Source: an uncultured Gammaproteobacteria bacterium (GTDB taxonomy: Bacteria; Patescibacteriota; Patescibacteriia; UBA9570; XYC2-FULL-38-9). From it: a stretch of 52,147 nt of DNA. The stretch covers positions 50,149 to 102,295 of the forward strand of contig CAYFNF010000003.1 of the NCBI GenBank assembly GCA_964344485.1, read 5' to 3'. Below are positions 15,892-26,100 of this stretch, one piece after another. Position 1 is the first letter of the stretch. Each line of letters begins with the position of its first letter. The notes under the pieces were generated by a model. The model saw nothing but the letters and a program-made list of their open reading frames with translations. It did not search any database and was not told where the DNA came from. The translations under genes and the position numbers were made by a program.

Positions 15892-17142
15892 CTACGGCAT
15901 CAAAGATTTAAACCACTTACCCATCTTTCCAGTCACATTTGCTACTGAGGAGAAATTCGTCAGCCCAGTGCGTCCCATACCGCTATGAAGGCCGTACCCC
16001 CAGAGTACTAAACCAATTGCAGTAGAGAATACTGGATCCTGGATTTTATCAATCGGTGTCTGAATATGCTGTGGCACACCAATGCCAGCAGAAGTGTTGA
16101 AGTAATTCTTCGCAACATCAATTACGCCATCTAACTTCGCGCCCCCACCAGTGAACACGATTCCTGCGGGTAATTTACCAGCGCGGTCAATACTGCGAAG
16201 CTCCTCTTGAATCATTTCAAATATTTCATCTAATCGTGCGGCGATGATCTCTGAAACTTCTTTTCTGGAAGCTACCACGTTCTCATTAGCATCGATTTTG
16301 GACAGATCAATCTCTTCACGCTTCTGCACTTCTTCAGATAGTGCTGTACCAAACTGTTTCTTTACTGCTTCAGCTACATCCACCGACGTTCTCAGCCCAA
16401 TTGCGATGTCATTCGTGATATGACCAGACCCTACAGGTAAAATCTTAGTATGTATCACATCTCCTTCTTCAAATACCATAAGGCCAGTGGTTGAACCGCC
16501 CATATTTGCTATTGCTACTCCCAATTCTTTCTGTCGCTTTGATAGTACTGACTCAGACGCAGCAAGTACTTCTACTACTAAATCATCGATATCTACACCA
16601 GTCCGGTATACAGATTTTGTAATATTCTTTACGTGTGATGTCATCCCTAGAATAATCTCCGCGTCTACTTCTAATTTAATGCCGGTCATGCCTACAGGAT
16701 CTTTAATACCTGCTTGATCGTCCACTGAAAACGTTCGAGGGATCACATGAAGAATCTCATAGTTCGGTGGTGCTGCAACACTCTGCGCTGCCTCAATAAC
16801 ACGATCTACATCGTCTTCACCGATCTCTCCGCTCGCTTTTGATACTGCGACTACCCCATGACTCTCCTGCGCAATCACATGCGAGCCGTTTACACTTACT
16901 AGTGCATGCTCCACCGGGATGCCAGTCATGCGCTCAGCTTTCTCTAACACCGACGAGATGCTTGAAACTGCATCTTCAATACTAGTAATAGCGCCTTTGC
17001 TAATACCGTCTGCTGGAGCTTCAGCTGCTCCGATAATATGAATAGAATCTGCCTCTCCTTTCCCTGGCTTGATCTGTCCACAAACCACACGGATAGTTGT
17101 TGACCCGATGTCTAAACCTGTAATTATTTCTTCTCTTGCCAT
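15892..17142 (-). CDS. ftsA: Cell division protein FtsA (actin-like ATPase)
   Basis: 416 aa. LDIGSTTIRVV phosphate-1 motif, GGSTTGL, VFTGGGAKLDG. Confidence 0.95.
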   Translation of the reverse strand: MAREEIITGLDIGSTTIRVVCGQIKPGKGEADSIHIIGAAEAPADGISKGAITSIEDAVSSISSVLEKAERMTGIPVEHALVSVNGSHVIAQESHGVVAVSKASGEIGEDDVDRVIEAAQSVAAPPNYEILHVIPRTFSVDDQAGIKDPVGMTGIKLEVDAEIILGMTSHVKNITKSVYRTGVDIDDLVVEVLAASESVLSKRQKELGVAIANMGGSTTGLMVFEEGDVIHTKILPVGSGHITNDIAIGLRTSVDVAEAVKKQFGTALSEEVQKREEIDLSKIDANENVVASRKEVSEIIAARLDEIFEMIQEELRSIDRAGKLPAGIVFTGGGAKLDGVIDVAKNYFNTSAGIGVPQHIQTPIDKIQDPVFSTAIGLVLWGYGLHSGMGRTGLTNFSSVANVTGKMGKWFKSLMP

Positions 17143-17172
17143 AACATGATCATTATAACATATTTATTTAAA

Positions 17173-17535
17173 TTAGTGGATGATGTACGGGTAAAAAATG
17201 ATCGCTCCAACGATAATAGCGCCGATTGCTGTCAGGAGCACTGCTGCTGCCATCATATCCTTAATAATCTGCGAATAGTGGTGTAATCGAGGCTTTAGCA
17301 GGTCTACAAAGTATTCAAGGATAGTATTCAATATTTCAAGCACTAGCACGGCTATAATCATAAAAATAAGCGCTACAGCTTCGATTGCGCGTACTTGTAG
17401 CACAAACATCAGAATAATGACTACTAACGCAATAACGATCTGAATACGAAAGTTCTGCTCGTTTCGAAACGTATACCTAAAGCCTTTCCATGCATATTTG
17501 AAGCTATTTTGTAGTGTCTTTAGTCTAAACCACAT
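17173..17535 (-). CDS. dgkA: Diacylglycerol/undecaprenol kinase (DgkA family)
   Basis: 120 aa, 3 TM helices. FKYAWKGFRYTFRNEQNFRIQ and LEILNTILEYFVD motifs. Overlaps the ybeY 3' end by 16 nt. Confidence 0.85.
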   Translation of the reverse strand: MWFRLKTLQNSFKYAWKGFRYTFRNEQNFRIQIVIALVVIILMFVLQVRAIEAVALIFMIIAVLVLEILNTILEYFVDLLKPRLHHYSQIIKDMMAAAVLLTAIGAIIVGAIIFYPYIIH

Positions 17536-17936
17536 TGGTGAAATATCTTATGTTCAATTGATCGCATTTTTCTTGCCTCCTCTTCGGACCGTTCATGATC
17601 CCATCCAGCTATATGTACAATGCCGTGAATGATTAAGTATACGGTTTCTGCGGTGATTGAATGCCGAAGCTCCCTTGCTTGAGCTCGTATTCGATCCGCT
17701 GAGAGAATAATCTCGCCGCTGTTATCATCATACTGAAATGATAATACGTCCGTCGGAGCATCTTTCTTCCTATACGATTTATTTATTTTTTGAATCTCTC
17801 TATCAGAGACAACAACGATTGAGAGGGAGAATGATTCAGGGAGTGAAAGAACGGCTTGACTTGCGTCGACAATTGCCTGGGCTAACGATTCGTTGAGAAC
17901 TCGGAACCGTACTAATTTGCGAAGCTCAACGTTCAT
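17520..17936 (-). CDS. ybeY: rRNA maturation endoribonuclease YbeY
   Basis: Metal-binding motif HGIVHIAGWDHE. The track start at 17945 is GTG. An ATG at 17936 lies 1 nt after the stop of the upstream gene, so I use that. Confidence 0.88.
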   Translation of the reverse strand: MNVELRKLVRFRVLNESLAQAIVDASQAVLSLPESFSLSIVVVSDREIQKINKSYRKKDAPTDVLSFQYDDNSGEIILSADRIRAQARELRHSITAETVYLIIHGIVHIAGWDHERSEEEARKMRSIEHKIFHQCGLD

Positions 17937-17937
17937 G

Positions 17938-19302
17938 CTACGCACTATTCACATTGGAATTACTGTTGGTGTTTGTGTTTGTATTGGTGTTTGTGTTTGT
18001 ATTTGAGTTAGAATTACTGTTGGTGTTTTCGTTGGTGTTAGTGTTGGAATTTGAATTGTTGGTATTGGAGTTTGCGTTTGCATTGGCATTACTACTGTTT
18101 GTATTGCTGCTGTTCACGTTACTGTTGCTATTTTCATTGGAGTTTGAATTAGCATTACTATTACTGTTTGTTGCAGTCTTCGGCGCAGTATAGTCAAAGC
18201 TCGTCAACATCATCTCAAATGTCGTTCTAAAATTGATACTTTCCTTTGTACCAAAATTATAGTTAATCGTGATGATGTAATTATCATCAGCTAAATACCA
18301 CGTAAACTGATCAATACTCTCTACCCCTTGCAGCCCACCAGCAGTCACTGCATCCAAGTCCTCTGCTTCGATATCAGAATACATATCTGCATACCAGTCC
18401 GCAGCAGAGACTCCATCCGTATTATCAGCAACAATCACTTCTATCATTTCGCCTTCGACTGTGTCTGGAGTAAAGATTACTTCCCGCTTGGTATCATCAA
18501 GAGGGTCAGCAACCCAATCTGATGGGTAATACATCTCCCATCCGAAATCCTTATTATCGTAGGCAACCACTAAACCACTCTCAATAAGTGTTTTGTTCTT
18601 TTCATTTGGAGCAAAGAGATTCTTGACTTCAGTTCCGTCCACATACCCATCTTTATCTGTGTCAGGTTTCTGGAACTCCGTCTCATAGATGTTTTCCTCC
18701 TCGTCTGTTAAGTCGTCCTTGTCTTTGTCTCGGGTGTCTAATACATCAGAACGGTCTGGTGCGGTAGTAGTGCTATTAGTATTTGAGTTGCCGTTTGAAT
18801 TACTATTGGAATTGCTATTATTGGTATTTGGGAACAATTCACCGTTAATGTTTTCATTTAGTTCATCATTCACATTCATGTTCAGTCCGTTGATGTTCTC
18901 GTTCTCATTTTCATTCTGGTTCTGATTCTCATTTTCATTGGCGTTGTTATTCACAGGCGCTACTGCATTTGTGTTCATGTTCTCATTCGTGGGTTGCTGG
19001 GTAATCTGCAGTGCAAATACCACAATAGCTGTCATAACGATAACCACCGCTAAGACAATACCGAGAATAATAAACAACTTTTTCTTTCCGCCTCCGGATG
19101 GAGCTCCGCTTGAGTGCTCTGGTCGCTGATGTAAGAACTTCTCGGGCATGGTATAGACTTTCTTTGAAGAGAGGTTCTCGTCAGGAAGTGGAGAAGATGG
19201 TGCTTGTCCAATAGGGATGCCGCCTTTTTGACCTCCAGTGTCTGCTGGAGGTTGTTGTGGCGGTGCTTGTTGTGGCGGTTGATTTTGAACGTTTTCAAAC
19301 AT
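17938..19302 (-). CDS. Bitopic surface protein: Pro/Gln-rich N-terminus, TM helix, Asn-rich linker, Asp-rich Ca-binding (TSP3-like) repeats, globular domain, N/S/T low-complexity tail
   Basis: 454 aa. TM helix LFIILGIVLAVVIVMTAIVVFAL. Repeats DKDKDDLTDEEE and DTDKDGYVDGTE. C-terminal (NS/NT)n tract. Confidence 0.7.
   Translation of the reverse strand: MFENVQNQPPQQAPPQQPPADTGGQKGGIPIGQAPSSPLPDENLSSKKVYTMPEKFLHQRPEHSSGAPSGGGKKKLFIILGIVLAVVIVMTAIVVFALQITQQPTNENMNTNAVAPVNNNANENENQNQNENENENINGLNMNVNDELNENINGELFPNTNNSNSNSNSNGNSNTNSTTTAPDRSDVLDTRDKDKDDLTDEEENIYETEFQKPDTDKDGYVDGTEVKNLFAPNEKNKTLIESGLVVAYDNKDFGWEMYYPSDWVADPLDDTKREVIFTPDTVEGEMIEVIVADNTDGVSAADWYADMYSDIEAEDLDAVTAGGLQGVESIDQFTWYLADDNYIITINYNFGTKESINFRTTFEMMLTSFDYTAPKTATNSNSNANSNSNENSNSNVNSSNTNSSNANANANSNTNNSNSNTNTNENTNSNSNSNTNTNTNTNTNTNSNSNVNSA
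17941..18180 (-). repeat. Imperfect hexanucleotide-type coding repeats (Asn-Ser/Asn-Thr tract); a second Asn-rich tract lies at about 18770..18955
   Basis: The plus strand shows reiterated gttggt/gtttgt/attgga units encoding NSNSNTNTNTN.. on the minus strand. Confidence 0.6.
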
Positions 19303-19305
19303 AGG

Positions 19306-20091
19306 TTATTGGTTTTGATTTTGTTCGTTATATTCTTTAATGACATTTACCACATCAAGAAGTTTCCCGTCTCCATTCGGATTATAGAAATTCCGAACTT
19401 CTTCTCCATCCGAATATCCGTCTTTGTCTGTATCTGTGCTCATAGGGTCAGTCTTATAGATCTGCACTTCTTCTCTGTCGGTTAAGCCGTCCAAATCAGT
19501 ATCAATCATCTGGGTGTTTGTTCCTAGCTCCTTCTCCTCTTCATCTGTCAATCCATCACCGTCTGCGTCAGCCGCGAGTGGGACGGTTGTTCCGTTGCTA
19601 TTACTATTCGCAGCACTATTATTTGCATTATATGGACGCACGTTATTAAGATTCTCAACCGCTGGATTGACCTGCTGTGTACCTCCGATACCAAGCCACG
19701 AGCTCCATGTTGAGTAGTATGCAATGGCTGCTGTTACAACTAATGCGATCACCAGAACAATCAAAATGATAACGCGCAGTCTACTGCCTCGACCCACTTT
19801 GCGTGGCTTTCCAGGTTTCTGTTCTTGTGTTGGCGTAGGTGGCTGAGGTGGCGAATCAAGCGGAGGCAGTGGTGAAGCGCCCGGATCTACTGGCTCTGAA
19901 CCAGGGAATGGTAAATCAGCAGTCGGCGCTACTTGCGTTGGTCTATCTGGTCCTGAAACCGGCGCAGACGTGACTGATGGTCGCGGATCTACAGCAAAGG
20001 ACGGCTGAGCAGACGCTTGAGCCTCTACATCATTCTCGGTTTCTTGAAAAATGTCCTCCAATTGCTCTTCATTTATCGGTTGTACTGGCAT
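19306..20091 (-). CDS. Bitopic surface protein: Pro-rich N-terminus, TM helix, three Asp-rich Ca-binding (TSP3-like) repeats; architectural paralogue of 17938..19302
   Basis: DADGDGLTDEEE, DTDLDGLTDREE, DTDKDGYSDGEE. TM helix VIILIVLVIALVVTAAIAYY. The track start at 20127 is TTG and overlaps the giant gene. The ATG at 20091 (MPVQPINEE) lies 14 nt after the giant gene's stop. Confidence 0.7.
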   Translation of the reverse strand: MPVQPINEEQLEDIFQETENDVEAQASAQPSFAVDPRPSVTSAPVSGPDRPTQVAPTADLPFPGSEPVDPGASPLPPLDSPPQPPTPTQEQKPGKPRKVGRGSRLRVIILIVLVIALVVTAAIAYYSTWSSWLGIGGTQQVNPAVENLNNVRPYNANNSAANSNSNGTTVPLAADADGDGLTDEEEKELGTNTQMIDTDLDGLTDREEVQIYKTDPMSTDTDKDGYSDGEEVRNFYNPNGDGKLLDVVNVIKEYNEQNQNQ

Positions 20092-20105
20092 AGATATGAT
20101 CTTAA

Positions 20106-23100
20106 TTATGGAGTGGACTCTGCCCAATTACCCATTCCAATACTCTCTAGTCCGTAATTATAACACGCACACTCAGCGGTCACCGTTGCATCAGTACATG
20201 GAGTATAGTCCCCATGGATCCAATCTTCAGTTCCGTCAGCGGAACCGTCATATTCCATATGTGAGTAGAGATACAAATTGGTTGAATCCGCTGGATCTAC
20301 CTTATACATATATGTATGCGAGTGCTCAGGACAGTAGAACTCTGTATTCACTGGGTCCCAGCACGTTCCAGACTCGTCCCAATACTCGTTTAGATCCGCG
20401 TCGTATTCACAATCCCCGTCTGTGGTCTCATCGCCAAGCCCTTCGTCATAGATCCACGGTTCATCACCAGCGTTCCATGGGTCATCTTGATCAGCAGCAT
20501 AGAAGAAGTTATATGGATCTGTTGGTAGTGTCACGCCATAGATATTACCGACCGCGCCTTGCCATGAACTCCAGACACTTGTGGTAAGTTCTTCGATATA
20601 TGAACCGTATTCATCACTCTGTGGGTATGGATACTCGGTCGCCCCTTCTTCAGTGATATACTCTGAAATATGGACTGCCAGCGTTCCAAAATCATTCACA
20701 CGGTTTGTATCGCGCGTCAACTTATCTTTATCTGACGCATCACAATCTCCGTAATCTAGATCGTGGTTAAACATCAGATAATCCATAACCTGTGATTCGA
20801 TGTTCTCCATTCCATCTGCTTCAGTATCAAACGAGAACACGTACATGTTGTTATATAACGAATCATCTGCTGGATTAGAGTCCTGAATGATGTTTCCTGC
20901 AGCGATGTAGTACGTATCACCAGTCGTACCTGCGTAGTATCCATCTATAGTGGTATCACTGATCGACCCATCTTCATCAACAAACGTCTCGTACCACTCT
21001 TCTGGACTTAAGTTATATTCATTATCAAACACCCGAATCCCAAATACTTGCTCGGGGTTATCTGAATTTGAGAACAGATACTGTAGGAACCAGTCATCAT
21101 CACCGCCGCCTTCATTTACCACAATATTATCCATCTCCGGAGTATCATCATCCATACAGTAGATTAAGCGGAAGTTCTGCTCATATTCTGGCGTACCACG
21201 AGACACAAACTCATAATACTTTGAATCCGCCGAAGGATCTTCATCATCAATATACTCCCATATCACGCTCTCTTCGCAGTATGTCACTGATAATCGGGAT
21301 TTTCCGGTGATTGACCCAGTCCATCCAGTAAGAGGCGAAATAGTTGCGCTTAAGCTTGTGCTATCATGATTCTCCTCTCCGCTAACCACTGCTTGGGTTT
21401 CACTCGTTGCATCCGGAGTCATACAATGATGTCCGTATGTACAGATCTCTCCGCTACCACAATCAGCGGTTTCATCACAGAGATCAAGACAGACATTCTC
21501 TATACACCGTTGATTGTCGCCACAATCTGCGTGGATATCACAACTCGTCTCAAACTCCTCTACTTCTGCAACCTCCACCCACGCGATATTCTCACAACTA
21601 TCTTCATCATAATACGGATCCCAGGTAAACTCCCATCCCATTTCATCAGTAGAGTACAGTTCTTGGCCGTCTGATGCGAGAACGGTCGCGGTGTATGACG
21701 TAGAACCATTTGGCTCTGTAAATGTATGGTGTCGCTTTCCAGTATCATCATTTATTAATTCTACTTGTGTCGGGAGACAGAAATCATTTTGTAACTCTAT
21801 AGTAACTATCTCTGTTCCGTCTCGAAGTGCGAGCCCAGAATCAACGCTACGAATACTGCTGGTATCTACAGTAGACTCATCTTGAAAGTAATCATTTTCA
21901 CTATTCAATGTCATTCTATACTGTGCTCCGGTCACAAATGCCCCTGGCTCCACGCGGAGCCTTGTGGTATAGGTTTCGCTAAATTCGCAGAGCTCTGGAT
22001 CATCTGTACAATCTGCACCGTCATAGTAACCACCGTCACAGACATTCGCTACGCACGTACCTGAATCATCTGCTTGCTGAATCATAGTAGCAATATCAAT
22101 CTCTGTGATTACTGTATCCTCATCTTGTTCACAAAGTGTCGCGTCTGCACTACAGTCCTCGCCATCGTGTGCTCCTCCATCACAGTACCCCCCATCACAC
22201 GTTCCAGTTCCTGCGAGCTGTTCAATATCAATATTAAACTCTGCAGTATCATTGCCGTCGACCACTCCGTCACCGTTATGATCACAGTTATGATCCTCAT
22301 CAGTGTAGTCTCCGTCTGCGTCATCGTCGACATTTACTAAGTCCTGATCATCAATATACCCATCATCATTCACATCTTCGTTATCACACTTACTCGTAGT
22401 GAACTTCATCTCTTCGCTAAATGTTATTGTGAACCATCTATTTGGACAAATGCCAGTCTCTCCATCTGATGGGTTTGAGGAGACAAATGTTGGCCGCCAA
22501 TCACAACACCAGTTTGCAGGGTCATCAATTGCACCTAAATCATCCGCCCAGTAACACCCGCGATACGCTGGACATTGATCATTGTCAACCACGTCGCCAT
22601 CAAAACACTCTGCACAATACATGTCCGTACAGACACCCTCGACACAATCAAATCCATGATCACAGTCTCCAGTCTCAGTACACGACTCTTCGCACGTTCC
22701 ATCTACACAGACTTCGTCTCCATCACAGTCTTCATGTGTTTCACATGGGGTAGTACATTCACCATCGATACATTCGTCGTCTGGGTCCGGACAATCATCA
22801 TCTGCTGTACACTCTGCTGGAGTGCAGACACCGTCCACACAATCGGAGCCCGGAGGACAGTCTTCTCCATCTTCACAATGAATATAGAAATTAATTCCAT
22901 TACTATCACACGAGTTCGCTTCTGCGTATGCGTCTCCGCTCGCAGCAAGATCTTCATCATTAACAGGCACCTCTGCTGAGGTCATCTCGTCTGATATATA
23001 TGCAAAGTTGTCACCTGCGGTTGGACCGTCTGGGTGTGCAAATATATTATTTAATGTATCAGTCTCACCCACAGCGTCTGGATCATAGAAGTTAATTCCT

Positions 23101-26100
23101 GAGAACCATACTGTGTCATGACCGTCTCCAGAGTTCGGATTTAACGCACAGAGAATCGGTACACCCTCTTCCGGAGCATCTACACATTGCTCTTCTACGT
23201 ATAATGGAGATGCTTCAGTGGTTAATTCAAATCTACTTGTCACTGTTACATCCACGCTCTGCTCTGGTGCAATCTCATCTTCACCTGGTACGGTAACAAT
23301 AATCTGTGTATTGGACCATGATTCATTTCCACATGGATACTCGGGCTCTATGCCTCCGACAGATACAGAGCCACTACCCTTGGAAGAACCGAAGTAACAT
23401 CCGTCGATAGTAATTGCGCTATCATTCCCTTGTCGAGCCGGGGAGATCTCTTCGATGACCGGAGTACAGTACCCGTCTACACACGAGCTATCTCCTCCAC
23501 ACTCAGTACAGTCATCATCTGTTTCACATGCATTACAATACGCATCTGCTTCATCGCCAGAGATACACTCACCGTACGGAGTGTCGATATTACAACATCC
23601 GGAGTTACATTCACGATTCCATGAACACGTGACCGTGTAATCTAAAGTATTCGAACAATATGTATCATCAGCACAGCTGGTTTCATCACCCTCTGCGGTA
23701 ATCACACGATAATCTTTTGAAACACTATTCGTTGCTCCATCAGGCACAATCGAATAGACCAATGTATCACTCCATGACGTTACTTCACCAGATAAGCGAT
23801 CATCGTCTTTATCGATCCAACTAGACCATCCTTCATCCTCGCCCATCATCTGCCCTGCGGTGTAGGTAGAAGTTCCTTCAGGCCCATCGTCTGGACTAAT
23901 TTTACAAATACCAGCACGAGGAGTGTCATTTATTTCAAAATCATCGTAATCACTTTCGTCCGAGTCTCCGTATCTAGTCTCCACTTCAATATCATATGTA
24001 CCGTTATCCACTGCTGTCTCTCGGATATCATCATCATCAGCATCCCAATCTTCTGGGACCTCTGCAATGATATACTCCGACGTCCAGGTATCTTCACATA
24101 ACTCTGAGTCTGGCCACTCTGTCTCTGCGTGTACTAAATCATCGTCCGAATTCCACCAGACATTTCCCTTAGCTGAACCAAACATACAACCGTAAATTGT
24201 GACCCAAGTGCCTTGAGCTCCATTTAAAGGAGTGAAATCTCGTGTAGATGGGTCGTTCGGTGGAGACGATTGACTCGCAGTATCAATGACCACTGGTGTA
24301 CAGTGACTCGTCTCTTCATTACACGTAGAGCCTGGACAGCTTTCACAATCTTCATCCGACTCACAGAACCCTAGATCTACAACGAATGCTGCGTCATCCT
24401 CTAATTCGCCAACCGTGGTGCGTACGTAAGTAGTACCTTCATTCTCTTCGTCATTGCCTGCAACATACACTGTTTCTTCTGCGTCTGAATCTGGTTGACC
24501 TGGAGAGAATGTGCCAATATCTTCATCGTCGATTGTCCATGACCATGTCATGGAGTTTGGATTAATTAAATTACAATCAGAGACTGCGGTGCCATCAAAA
24601 TCTTCGGAATCACCGTATTCATTCTCTATGGTCCAACTTGGATCAACAACGATATTTGTTGCTTCGCATGTATCTTCAGTGTCATCTACCTTAAACGTAT
24701 ACGTATATTCCTCTGCCATAGGAACTCCATCATCCAAGCTCGAAATGCCGGTTGATAGCGTTACTTTGTACCAGGTGTTCTGATCCATATTGGACGCTGG
24801 AGTAAACTTGAATCCGTAGTAATAGGTGTCGTTCACATACACAGTATATCCGGTGTCTAATGAACCCGAAATATCAGACGGTGTTGCGGATTCGTCAAAC
24901 GAGTCTCCTTCATTGTACTTTTGAATGCGCACTGTGCCGGTTCCACCAACATCATACGTCAACCCAGACACTTCTTGATCAAAGAGTACTGCGATAATCC
25001 CGTTTCGGCATGCGTCTGTTTGATTTGGTTGTGGGTTTGGTATTGGATAGATATCTTCATCCTCATCACACGTCCCCCACTCTACGACCTGCGGTCCTGA
25101 TGTACATGGAATATAGTACGAACGCATATTACTGTTTCCAAGCTCTTCATGGCTAACCACTACATAATACGTATCATTGCCCATGTCTCCAGAGGTCGTG
25201 AAATCTACTTGAGAGTCAATCCATGAATCTACTGCTGACGGTTCGTACTCTACATACTCTGAGGTAGTCATGTAGATCGTGCTGTCCCCTTGGTCGTCTC
25301 CAAATGAATCACCAGTCACATAGACATCCTTTCCTCCTGAGATATCACAATTACTTGGGTCTGCTAATTCATTCTCTACAGAAACAACGGAACAGAGATT
25401 TGGCCGAGTGGTGGTTGAAAATGTGAAGCTCCTCCAGTTCGAGTAGTACCCTTCACGTGCCATGCTCTCGTTTTCTCCTTCATTATGAATCACCTGCACC
25501 ATTGCAACATCTCCAGTAGCCCATGTACCAGTTCCTCCATCCGAATCTGTATACTCTTCTGGGACAATTGCTAATATTTCTTCTGGCTCCGACACATCTC
25601 CACACTCTTCCGGCAATACCAGCTCTGATGTGCGGACCACACCGTCTTCTTGAATCATGCGCATCACGACTGTACCTGTGGTCTCACCAAAGTTCTCACC
25701 AATAATGGTCATGTATTGACCCACTGCTCCGTCGTCTGGGTTTAACCAGGAGATATACGGCTGATTGTCTTCTAGACCAACAGTGTCGTCAGAGTACGCG
25801 CTTGGGACATCAGCAACACTAATTCTGAAGTTCTGATCTGGCTTGGTGCCAACTGGAATCATAGTACGCAGTTCGGTATTGCTGGTGTATGGATTGTCAC
25901 ACTCCGTACCAGCACCTTCGTTTTCACAATCTTGATTCGTGTCACAGAGTACTTCATGGCCGTCTACTAATCCGTCACAAATACCAAATGATCCGATACA
26001 TTCATCTCCAACTGAGGTATCAGACGTTAAATTCCCAAAGTGATCCACATTGAAACAAGAGTTCGTGCCTTCAGCAGCGTAAATGCGACTACCTTCAAAC

